Positions 13,270 to 24,800 of a stretch of DNA of 64,000 bases are shown in pieces. A program made the position numbers and the translations under genes. This DNA comes from Selaginella moellendorffii (taxonomy: Eukaryota; Plantae; Lycopodiophyta), in the NCBI RefSeq assembly GCF_000143415.4, contig NW_003314275.1, positions 372,001 to 436,000 on the forward strand. The letters run 5' to 3'. A model generated the notes under the pieces. The model made no database searches, was not told the DNA's origin, and saw only the letters and a program-made list of their open reading frames with translations. Every line of letters starts with the position of its first letter. Position 1 is the stretch's first letter.

Positions 13270-15513
13270 ATGGGATGCAGCATTCGAGCGCTCTGGATTC
13301 TCAACCAGCACCGCCATGTCGTCTTCTCCAGGTAATCGCATTTTTCTCGTTTCATCCTCCATCGATCCGATCCGGCATCGCCGTTCTTGGCTTAGGCGCT
13401 TCCCCACCGTGGAGAAGAAATGGAAGAATGCGCGATCGAAGCACGGCGATGGCATCTGCTACTCGCTACCTTCCGATGCGCAGCTCATTCAATCGTTTGT
13501 AGAGAGGAAAGAGAGGTAGATTTTTCTTCTTTCTCGATCTGGCACTTTGATTGTTTGTTTGTTGGTTTAGAGAAGGCTCGTTTCGAGGACTTGCTACTCG
13601 TGAGGATTATTCCCAGCCTGGCTCCGACTCTTGGGTGGATGATCCGATCACTCGCTCGATCATCAGCCTCCAGATCCCAAAACCGGATGAAAGTGGCGAG
13701 TTATATCTCTTGTGGCCGATCGTGTTTCACATCCGAGGACCTTTCCACATTTTGGTTCTTCCGTCCGTGGAACCGCATCATCTGGCAACGTATGAAAATC
13801 TTTGCTGGCGAGCCGACTGTGGAGGGCCTGTTGCGAACGGGCATAATTCTCTTTCGTCGTTGCTTTTGGATCTTCCATCCATCACGGGGTAAGTTTTTCT
13901 TTGCCATGAATCTTTACTTCTGACTTGGCTACTGATCCAGAGCTTTTTGTGTCGCGCAAACTTTGGGAGACTTGATAGTTGGAGAAGCTTTAGAGCCAGA
14001 GATCAACATCAATCCTTCGTCGACGATGGGGGGACTGCTGGACAGTATAACCGGAGGCATTGGAATAGCGAGCATCACTGCTCGAGCCAAACCAGTTGCT
14101 GCTCCTGTGGCTGCGGCGGCCACTGCGATAGCCGCTGGTGTTACTGGCGCTGCTCCTGCGGGAATACTCGGGTCGACCACCACCAAGGGAATCCTCAAAG
14201 CTTCGGACAAGGAAGCGTTGCTCGGTTTCATCACAAGTGCCATGCCTTTCGGTAAGTTTGCGAAAGTTAGTTCCATCGTTTTATTTCTTTTATAACATCT
14301 TTGGTTTCCAGGCACTCCTCTTGATCTTAATCCCATAACCATCAACGCCATCAAGGCAAATGGCTTCTCTGCGCAAGATATACCACCACAGGATCAGAAG
14401 CAACCAGCTTGGAAGCCATACCTTTTCAAGTCCAAGCAGAAACTCGTGTTCGCTCTTCACGAGGTGGTCACGGCTGCCTTGTACGACAGGGACGACGTTG
14501 CTGATGTTATCACGCTCAAGGGCCAGCTGCTGTGTCGAGCAGACTTGGAAGGTCTACCAGACGTAAACGTCCAGCTCTCGTGTCCAAGCTCGGGTGAGAT
14601 CGACGGAGTAACATTCCATCCTTGTGCTCAAGCTCTCGATCATGGACCGGATAAGCAGACAATCACTTTCTCGCCACCTCTTGGGAACTTTGTGCTGGCC
14701 AAGTACATGGCAACGCCAGCATTCCGGCCACCTCTCCAAGGATTCTATCAGCTCTCCATGGTTTCTGACGACGAGGGCGCTTTCTTGTTCCGGATGAAGC
14801 TTTTGGAAGGCTACAAGGGCCCGATAGTCATGGAGCAGTGCTCCTTGAGCATACCGTTCCACAGGAGGACAATAGCTGCGCTGGATGGAGCTCCTTCGAT
14901 GGGGACTGTGTCTAATACGGACCACTCCATTGAATGGAAAATCCTTGCGGGGCATCGCAGCACAATCTCGAAGAGCATGGAGGTGACGTACTCTGGAACT
15001 GTCAAGTTTGCCCCCAGGGCCGTGGACACGAACCAGAGAGACACAGTTGGATTCTCTGATGACGACGAGATTGACTGTGGCAACGAGAACAAGATGGACA
15101 AGGCAGACATGAATCTTGTAGCTGCGAAGTGGGAGGATCCGTTTTGCTGGGAAGCCTACAGCTACGCCAAGGTATTTATGAAAACTGAGCTCGTTAGATA
15201 TTCTCTAACCGATTTCTTTTTAAATACAGGCGTCTCTAAAACTCGTCGGTGGGACAATGTCAGGAGTGTCTATCGACACTAAAACGGCAAGCTTACCTTC
15301 ATTTCCATTTTATCTTCCGTGCTAAGAGCTGTCTTTCCAGGTAGCGATATATCCCACTGCTAAAGTCCCTTGCGAAGTTTCTTCCCAGGTGCGAATCGTT
15401 ATCTGTGATCGACCAAAACTTATCACTTTCTCCGGCTTTGGGTACAGATAATATCTGGAGAGTACATATTTTGGAACTCCTTGGGAAGATATCCACATGT
15501 TGCTCCAGCCTAG
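13270..15513 (+). CDS. AP5M1: AP-5 adaptor complex subunit mu; multi-exon, with one GC-AG intron at 15287-15340
   Basis: N-terminus MGCSIRALWILNQHRHVVFSR|RFPTVEK; mu-homology domain (FHPCAQ, FSPPLGNFVL, GFYQLSMVSDDEGAFLF); C-terminus SGEYIFWNSLG. Confidence 0.9.
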
Positions 15514-16033
15514 AAAGAAAGGTATGACAGAGCCGGAGTTCTTTTAATTTTTTCTTGTTTTTCTAACGTAGCTCCATACGGAATTCTCCCTGCAGTGCGT
15601 GGCTTGCGCGAATTTGAGCAGCAAAGTTCTGTCTGGTGGAGCTGGAGCTGGAGCTGACAAGTAGCAAAGTTTGGTAAGCACAGAAACTGTGGTATACTGA
15701 GCAATGCGTTTATTTTGTCGTTAAAACAGTGAAAGCTACCAAACAGCCGCGAGTTTTAGAGCCCAACAACGACACTCGAATCTCCACTCCAATTTATGAT
15801 CGCAGCAATCGTCGCTCGCTCGCTCGCTCCATCGCTCAATTCTCTCTCTCTCGCCCCTCCTGAGCAGAGAGAATGAATGGCATTGGATGGGACTATAAAT
15901 CCAACGTTTCGCCATCATGGTATATCACAAACAACACGAACAAGAGGAACTCTGATAGAGAAAATCCAATCAACCATGTGGGGTGATTGTGTCTGGCAGG
16001 GAAGCTTGATTTTGACACCGTAGCCTTTACCAC

Positions 16034-16131
16034 GGGCGTTTCTACGTACAAACGCCCTTTGTCTACGTACGAACGCCCGATGTCTACGTACGAACGCCCC
16101 CTGGCCGCGAGCGTTTCTACGTACAAGCGCT
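16034..16131. repeat. Four TCTACGTAC units (16041, 16062, 16083, 16116) upstream of SurE
   Basis: Spacing 21, 21 and 33 bp; the first unit sits inside the hairpin GGGCGTTT-CTACGTAC-AAACGCCC. Confidence 0.85.
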
Positions 16132-16269
16132 ACTAGCTATGGACATTCTTGTGTGATGAGGCCAGTGTGTGTGTTGACTATAATCCATCCGGCCGAGAGT
16201 TTTCTTAAAAGAGGGGAAAAAGGCGAGAAAAAGAAGCTCTAGGTTTTCTTGTTCTTGGTTCTCTCCTGG

Positions 16270-17983
16270 ATGAGCTCCGCCATGCCCAATTTCGTGGCGG
16301 GCCTCAAGGATGCGCTGCCCGGCACTCCATCCGAGAATGGAGGAGACGCGGCTACTCCCGATGCGAGGCCGCGGGTGCTCATCACGAACGACGATGGGAT
16401 CGCGGCGCCAGGGCTTGGAGCGCTCGTCCAGGCGCTCGTTCGCGGTGGACGATGCAATGTCAATGTGTGTGCTCCAGACTCGTAAGTGCTTTCGCTTTTC
16501 TTTTTCCGATCGATTGAGCGAGCGAGCGAGCGATCGTCCAGGGACAAGTCGGGCACGGGGCATGGAATCACTGCGCGAGGCGTGCTCGAGGTTGGGGCTG
16601 TGGAAATCCCTGGAACTTCTGCCTCGCACGAAGTCGGAGGTAAGTTACTACCTTCTCTTTGCTTCTTTCTTTTCGAAAGCTTTACAAGTTTTTCTTTCTT
16701 CTTGGATATTTTTTCTTTCTTTCAGGCACTCCTGTCGATTGCGTCTCGCTGGGCTTATCTGGAGCCCTCTTTCCATGGTCCAAGCCAGATTTGGTATGAT
16801 AAAACTCTACTATCTTCATCATCTTAGTTCAACTTCCATGGTTCTTTTCTTTTCTTTTTTCTTTTTTCTCAGGTTATTAGTGGAATCAACAAGGGCTCCA
16901 ATTGTGGATTGCACATGTGAGTCTTCTATCTTTCTTTTTCTTTTTCTTTTTCTTTTTTTCTCTCTCGACTAAAGTTTTTTTAATTTTTCTGTCGCCAGCA
17001 TCTACTCTGGAACAGTAGCAGCAGCTCGAGAGGCTTGCATTTGGGGAGTTCCTTCTCTTTCTATATCATACGATTGGTATGCCTGCGTGTTCTCGTGTTT
17101 TCTTTGTCTTCTTTTTCTCGTCTCTTACGTGATTGTACGGCACAGGGTCAGAGGCAAATGTAAAGAGGAGGACTTTAGGCTGGCGGCCGGAGCTGTGATC
17201 CCGCTTATACATGCCGCGCTGCAAGACATCCAGCAAGGAAAATTTCCCGCTGGATGCTTTTTCAACATTGATATTCCAACCGATGTCGAGCACAACAAGG
17301 TGTTTTCCTCCATCTCCATGTTCGTGTTTGCTAAACAGTAATGTATCCTTCTCGCAGGGCTTCAAAGTCACAAGTCAAGGCAACTCAAGGCTTGGGAGCC
17401 AATGGCGAGCGGTGTCCACGCAAAGGCGAATTGCGAGCTATATGCGAGGGAGAGAGCCAGGCATGGGTGTTCAACTCGCTCAAATCGGACTAGCTGCCTC
17501 CGCCGCGGTATGTGGGCTTAATTCTTTGAATGCTTTCCTCAACGTGACTCTCACGAGGTCCATGTCAGGGGGCAGCGAGGAAGGCAAACTTTCCGTCAAA
17601 AACCGTGGAAGTTGAAACAGTAGCCGGTCCCGAGAATGGTACGCAGCAACCATCGCCACAGAAGCAACTCTTTCAGCTGGAGGTACTTTTTTCTTCTAGA
17701 GTGTTTTCAGTCATAAGTCTCACTGCGCTATTTGGCGGCTTTTGTTGAAACAAACAGGTCTCGGAGCGAGAGTCTGGAGAAGATGACCCCGAGCTTGACA
17801 GAGGTTCTCTGGACGCTGGATATGTGAGTGTTTTAAGCAAACTTGTTATACGCTAAACTCTTGTTATCACAGATAACAATCACTCCTTTGGGACTGACGA
17901 CACACTTGGACGCCGACACTGCCCAGTCTGCCACAAAATGGGTGTGCTCAGCGGTGGAGGTGACAGGTTTGGCCGCATTGTGA
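16270..17983 (+). CDS. SurE: SurE-like 5'-nucleotidase / acid phosphatase; multi-exon
   Basis: [17 protein letters not shown]; VCAPDS|[10 protein letters not shown]; GTPVDC; [12 protein letters not shown]; [11 protein letters not shown]; stop TGA at 17981-17983. Confidence 0.92.
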
Positions 17984-20406
17984 ATGCGTGTAAGAGGTAC
18001 CGCAGATATGGATTTGCCTGGGTTTGCTCGGCGATTTTGCAGCCGCAGTGTTTAGCGACATGAATGAAGCAGTGTACAGTTTGATGGTCATGGACTTGTA
18101 AAGCTACACCTCTCTAACTTGGAAAGCACCGTTTTGTTTCCCTTTGGCACCGTGTTTCCAGATCGAGCTTGACGAGCAAAGCTATGTCTTTCAGCTCCAA
18201 GTAAGCGTTTGATATTTCTCGAGGTTTTGTGCTCAACACGTCTTGACTGCGCAGCTTTGGGGAATTCTACGCACTTAGACATTTAAACATTGTCAACGAA
18301 GACAATAGAGCGTTCCACTCGAAATAGTGAAAAGATCATGAATCAAATCCGCGGGTCCTTGAAACCTTCAAAGGTAAGCTCCATCTTTGTTTCTCGATGC
18401 TTATAGTGCGTTTGAGCTAACACTTTGTTGACTAGCGATAAGATTCTCCCCAAACTTTTTTGTTTTCTCACGCGTTTTTCTCTAACAAAAGTAAAAGATT
18501 GCGATCCCCATCGATGTTACAGTGCGGTCACTGAGTGTTCCATCTTGTTCAGGACACTGGGGCTCCGGCTGCGTGAAACAGTCGTTGGGGGAACACTGGT
18601 GGTCCAAGAAATTTTCTCCCGGAGGGAGTTTGTAACAAAAAATGGAAAGCGGTATACCCAATTCTGAGGCAAATCTTTGGCATTCAATGTTAAAGGATTT
18701 GATTGATTGAGTGATCTCATCTCGAGGAAGCATTGTAAGTTGCATTGTAAGTTGTGTTGTGGTCAAACTCGTCCTGCGCGCCCAGCCCAGGGAATAAAAC
18801 TTTGCCATGCCTGATTGATCTTACCGATGGAGTTTTGTAAAAGGATCAACTTTGCCAAGCTGCAGCTCCATTATTTCCATCCTCAACAACACATGAGAGA
18901 TTGTGCTTGCAAGCAGCCATTATTCTTGCTCCAGGAAGATCGCATCCGGAAAGCTTTATCGATCAAGTTGAGGACGTCACCCAAAAAAAAAAAAAAAACA
19001 AAACAACAAATCATTCGCTAGAGATCTATCACGCTTAAGTTTGTGGACCCAAAGCAATGCAAGTGGAAAAAGAAAACTAATTTTCGAGAAAGAGAACAAT
19101 GACCCACAACACATCACAAAATAAGATTCCAAAAGAAAGGTGGCGGGGCGAGAAAATTAGGGCGTGACATGTTGCCATGTTCTTGGGGCGTACGTGTGCA
19201 GTGTAGTGTGTGTCGGTGGATGCGAGTACGGCGGAAATTCACAAACCCTAATTTTCTCCCAATTCGTACTGCAAAGTTTTTTCTTCCATGTGCATTCAAA
19301 CGGAGGCATGGCCTATTTAAAACGTTAACGTGTTGCTGCAAGGAAACAAAAGCCCTAAAAATGCATCGGTCGCGAATATGCCCCCTATAACTGTCCGAGG
19401 AATATACCATCTGTTGCCGGTGGCCAAATATAGCCTGACAGGATGTGGCGCATTTAAACTCCGCCCCTGCCACGTGTGCCCCAGGTAGAATATGCCCGCC
19501 GGCGTAGAATATTCCGTCTTCGTCTTCGTCTCCGACAGATAGAATGTGGGTGCAGCGCTGACGGGCGATGGAAGAAAGCGAGGATAAAAAAGAGTGGTTT
19601 TTTTCCCCTTTTTTTTGCTGCTTTGCTGCTGTGTGGGTCGGTGACTGAGACTTGTGGCCCGATTCTCGCAACAGATCCATCCATTTCCTCCGATTTTGCT
19701 TTACAAAGCTCTCTTCTCTCTCTTGATCAATCGCCAATTTTGCGTGTAGCGATGGCGCGTTGCTAATTCCCATTGCCTCCCGGGTTTGTGGGATTGGATT
19801 GGGTTTTTCCTGGGTCCTCTCCTCGCTCTCTCTCTCCTCTCCACTCCTGGATCGACCTTTGGACCACAAATCGAGGAGGAATCCCACCACGCGCTAGAAG
19901 AGCTCTCCCGTTGGAGTGGTCTCGTCTCTCTCTCTCTCCTGTCTCTTCTCTCTCCTCCCTTCTCTCTCTTTCTTTCCCCTCGAGCGCGAGCCGGCGCGTC
20001 CTTTGTCTCTCGCGAATCCAGCTCTTCTTCTCTAGGATAGCTAGCCGCCAGCCCAGCGACAGTGAGCTCTCATCCCATCTTCTAAAAAGCCCCGCGAATC
20101 CCTTCCATCTGATCCTAGGCTTCGCATTTTCGCTATCTCCTCCTCCTTTGCGTTTGATCGATCGGTTCGAGCGATCGGCAGCAGTGGCGGAGGAGATTGC
20201 GTGTTGGTGGCGCTGCTATCATCAAAATGTAATCTTCCCCACGGATTCTTGCGGAATTTGTGGCAGCCCTCTCCCATTTCTCTTCTCTTCCTCTCGATCT
20301 CTCTCGCTAGAGCTGGAGCTGGAGCTGGGTAAGTGGCCTTGGATCTATTCGCGAGCTATGGACTGATGGATTGACTTTCCCCTTTGCGTCCGTGCGGCAA
20401 CAGAGG

Positions 20407-23153
20407 ATGGATCCCAGTGCGGTGCTCGCCAATGTGTCGCAGCTGATCCAGATGCTCATCCTGGTCGGCGGCGGTGATGGGGGAAAGAAATCGCGGCCGC
20501 GCGGCGACTGGCAATCCCTGGCACAGTGCCTGGGGTTGCTGATTCCCATTGTGGAGGAGTGGAAGGCGCTGGATTCGTCGCCGCTGCTGCTGCTGGAGCT
20601 CGCGCTGATCAAGGCCAAGGAGCTGCTGCTGGATGGCGGCGCCGCTGCTAGGAACAGCCGAGTGTTCCAGGTACTGCTCTAGATTTCTTGGTTCTCAAGT
20701 TTTTTAGGGTTCTTCGTTCTCTCCAGGTGGTGTGTTGCGAGGAGATTGCGAATTGGTTCCACGAGATTGCCACAATGCTGGACGAGGCTTTGCGTAGCAT
20801 GTCCATGGATGGATTCTCGGACCACGCCCAAGCACAGGCAAGCTCCTCACTTTAGTTCTTCTTTCTTGGAGAGAAAACAAAGGTTTCTAGTTCTAGGCCT
20901 ATAGTGGAACAAAGGTGAGAGTCTTCCAAAGAGCTTTGCCTCTTATTTTACTCCGCTCGAGGAGAGGAGCTCCTCGCAAAATCCTTCTTTTTTCTTCGTG
21001 TATTCGCAAGGTGGCGAGCTCGTTTCGAGGATGACTGATGGTTTTTCTCTTTTGATCAGGCAATGCTGGCGCTGGAGCAGCTGCGAAGAACAAAGTTCCA
21101 CCCCGACATCTCGGATCAAATGCTCATGACCCAGATCGAGCTGCTACTCGCGGAGATGCGAGACGAGCACCAAGTCCGCCCCGACAAGCTGGCCAAGCTC
21201 TTCGACAAGCTCGACATCGCGTCCGACGAGGCGCTCTCGCGGGAGCTGGACGCGCTCGAGGCCGTCAAGAAGAAAGCCCGCCTCGCCAAGCGCAAGTCCG
21301 AGGAGGAGTTCTTCGAGAGGATCATCTCTCTTCTCATGCAAATGGTCAAGTGCTCGCCGGAGGGATCCGAGGCCCGAGCTTCCGGACTCCTGGCTGCTCC
21401 CACAGACTTTCGCTGCCCCTTGTCGCTGGAACTCATGGGCGATCCGGTGATCATCGCCTCGGGCCAGACTTACGAGCGAGCTTATATCCAGCAGTGGATC
21501 GATCAAGGCAACACGACGTGTCCAAAGACGCGGCAGATCCTCTCGCACACCAATCTCATCCCGAACTACACCGTCAAGGCTCTCATCACGAACTGGTGCG
21601 AGGCCAACAGCGCGCCGGTCCCAGCTCCCGCCAAGCTCTCCTCCTCCTCCGTGCTGCTCAAGAGACTCTCCAAGAACAGTCACAACAGCGATGGCGATCA
21701 CGCACCGGAAACTCCAGCGCGCGACCGGGAGGTGCGGGCTTGCACAGTGCGATCGCACTCTTTCGCTGGTCACTGTCACGACTACGCGGATCGAACGAAC
21801 CGATGCGAATACTGGTCGTTCGTGCCTGCTGGAGGAAATCACCGCGCTTCTCCGACTGCTACTGGCACTTCTCCTCCCGGGATCTTGGAAGATCACAGGC
21901 TGCGGAAGCTCCGAGCGTCGCCGTCGGGATCCAGCGGATCCTCCGAGGGTGGCCATGCAGACGATCCGCAGGTGGCCACTCCCAGAGCTCTCGACACGTC
22001 CATCAACTTGAGCGACTACTCTCCGTACAACAGCGATGCTTCCGGCGATCTCGGGAGCCCATCGTACGGGATGAGACAGCAGCAGCAGCGGAGGAGTTCC
22101 CGGAGATCGCCACTCTCGTCCGCGGCGGCCACCAACGCGGCTGCGGCTCGCCGGGCAGCTCGTAGCATCACCGACGGCGCGCTGCGCGTCCTGATCGAGA
22201 ACTCGGTGGAGGATCTCGTGTCCGGGAACCCCGAGCTGGAGCTGGCGGCGGCCGAGGAGCTCCGCCTCCTCGCAAAGTACGATACCGAGAACCGCGTCCT
22301 CATCGCCGGGGCCGGGGCCATCCCGCTGCTGGTGGATCTCATCACATCCAAAGAGAAGAAGCTCCAGGAGAACGCTGTGACCGCGCTGCTCAACCTCTCC
22401 ATCAACAATGCCAACAAGTCGGAGATCGTGGCAGCGGGGGCGGTGGCGCCGCTGGTGGAGGTTCTCAAGAGCGGCACTTCCACCGCCAGGGAGAACTCCG
22501 CCGCCGCGCTCTTCAGTCTCTCGGTTCTAGACGAGAACAAGCCGGTCATCGGCGCCTCGGGGGCCATCCAGCCGCTGGTTGACCTCCTCGTCAACGGCAG
22601 CCTGCGCGGTCAAAAGGATGCCGCCACCGCGCTCTTCAACTTGTCGGTCCTGTCGGAGAACAAGTCGAGGATAGTCAACGCCGGTGCGGTCAAGGCCCTG
22701 GTCAACCTGGTCAGAGATCCGACCAGCGGCATGGTGGACAAGGCGGTCGCGGTGTTGGCCAACCTGATGACATGTCCGGAGGGGCGTGTTGCGATTGGAG
22801 ATGATGGCGGTATTCCAGCGCTGGTGGAGGTGGTCGAGGCGGGTACTGCCCGTGGTAAGGAGAATGCTGCGGCAGCACTTCTCCATTTGTGCACCAACAG
22901 CACGCGTCACCGGTCCATGGTCCTCCAGGAAGGGGCTATACCACCGCTACACGCCCTCTCACAAACTGGAACGCCCCGAGCCAAAGAAAAGGTTCGTGAT
23001 ATACGTATTTCTCTTCCTTTTCTTTCTTTCTTGTTTTTTTTGGAGAGGAACTGATTTAGGTGGATGCAGGCAATGGCTTTGCTGAGGCATTTTCGGGAGC
23101 AAAGGCATGCAACCTTTGGATCTCGGTCAGGCCACAACAGTTTTGACGTGTGA
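20407..23153 (+). CDS. U-box/ARM-repeat E3 ubiquitin ligase (PUB2/3/4-like); exons 20407-20670, 20727-20837, 21060-22991, 23070-23153
   Basis: U-box PTDFRCPLSLELMGDPVIIASGQTYERAYIQQW...CPKT; ARM repeats (QENAVTALLNLS, RENSAAALFSLS); end GTPRAKEK|AMALLRHFR. Confidence 0.93.
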
Positions 23154-24439
23154 ATCCTCTTTCCCAAAGTTTTCTATGTACTTTTATTCTTGTTATATAA
23201 TGTAAATTTGTAACTAATATCATGGTTTAAATCATTAATTTTTATTAATATTTTGGTAGCTTGCTTTAGCTTTATTTAACAGTTGATATAAAATGAGATT
23301 AATCAGAGTGCAAAAAGTAGTATAAGACTTTATCTAGAACCTTACTATCTGTTTTCTTTCATAAAGAGGGAGGTCCTAATGACAAAATTCGGTAATTGTT
23401 TTATGTTAAGTAGTGTGATTAAAGACAGAAACAATATAAATTGTTGTCAAATAAAATAAGCTAGAACCTCTTTTGTTGTGTTATCTTGCTAGATTAAATT
23501 GTATATTAAATATTAAATATTATTTAAAATATAAACAGGTGTTCTTATTGTAGCACAAGCCACAGCAAATTATTTTTCTTCTTCTATTCAATTGTACAGC
23601 TATAAAAAGTTTTTCATCTACCATTTTAGTTTTTCTTTTGTATCAACTTTAATATAGTGTAGTAAAATGTGCATTATGAAAACATATGGAGATTCTTGTA
23701 ATACAAATAAAGGTTGCGAAAGTAAACTTGTATGTTTTGGTAGAATCTGAATAATCCTTATATTGTCACCTTTGTCTAAGTACTAAGAAAGTTCTATCAC
23801 CTTAGTCATAAACTTTATCTTCTCTTCACATCCCTTCTAATAAGTGCTTATCCCCTTAAAATAAGCACTTGTCTAACAATTAATCAAGTTCTATCTAACA
23901 ATCTAGTTATTTTTATAGTTCTATTGTATAGGTTTTAAATAGTTATGTAATAGTTTTTTAAATATTCTGTGAAGTTTTGTGTATTGTTTCACTATATAAT
24001 ATGATCATTAGTTTACAGTATAGTGTCCTTTATGATTTTTAATATAGTAATTTTCTGGTGGTAAGAAATTTAATAATTTTCATTATGGTAGTTTTAGATA
24101 AAAAATTATGTTTATTTGTTTTTATTTTGAATTTTTTTTATCATGATTTTTTTTTATTTTCTTCTTCGATCACACTAGCCTTCCTTGGCCATATTAGTTC
24201 CACTAGAGTTTTCCCTCTACTATTTTGGAAGGACTTACCAAACCCCTAGGAGATGATTACTTTAGACTTTCACCTCGGATTGGTATTGGGATTTGGACTT
24301 AGATTTAGTCTTGAACTTGATTTGGGAATTGGTGCTAAACTTGATTTCAAACTCAATCTCTAATTTAGTCTCCAACTTTGTCTTGATATTTTCACGTGTC
24401 GCCATGTGTTTATTCTTTTTTTGTCCCTTTCCAAAGACT

Positions 24440-24800
24440 CACTTATCAATTGTTTTGTATTAGTTCTTTAAGCATATCTTTGAGAGTTCCACTCCCACTC
24501 TTGATTTTCTGAGTCAAAAGGAATGGATGGAGCCAAACTACCAAGCATACAACTAAGAAGTAAAGGAATTGAAATATAGAAGAACTCCCAAGTGTAAAGC
24601 CTATGGAGTAAAGGGACATAAGCACGGAGTGACATAAAAATAATCCTGAGCATTTAACATTCTAATGCCAAGACTAATATATAAAATAGAGTTAAATGGA
24701 GTTTAGCACTATTTTAGTATATCGGTGGTCTAATGTGAGGATATGGGTATTCTATCAATTAGGGATGGTCTAAACTTGAGTTGAGCTCATTTCAGCTCAA
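24440..24800 (-). repeat. Old dispersed repeat fragment, an inverted homologue of ~43600-43900
   Basis: Reverse complement GAATACCCATATCCTCACATTAGACCACCGAT...GCTAAACTC aligns to GAGTACCCATATCCTCGTATTAGGCCATCGGT...GCTAAACTC at ~43650; both translate to similar LL..MLGSLAP strings. Confidence 0.7.

Noticed and set aside
16150-16200. C/D snoRNA (GTGATGA box C-like)
   Set aside because: No convincing CTGA box D or terminal stem.
3000-23000. Many long antisense or alternate-frame ORFs overlapping IDD, F-box and PUB genes
   Set aside because: Expected shadows of GC-rich coding sequence; no recognisable domains.
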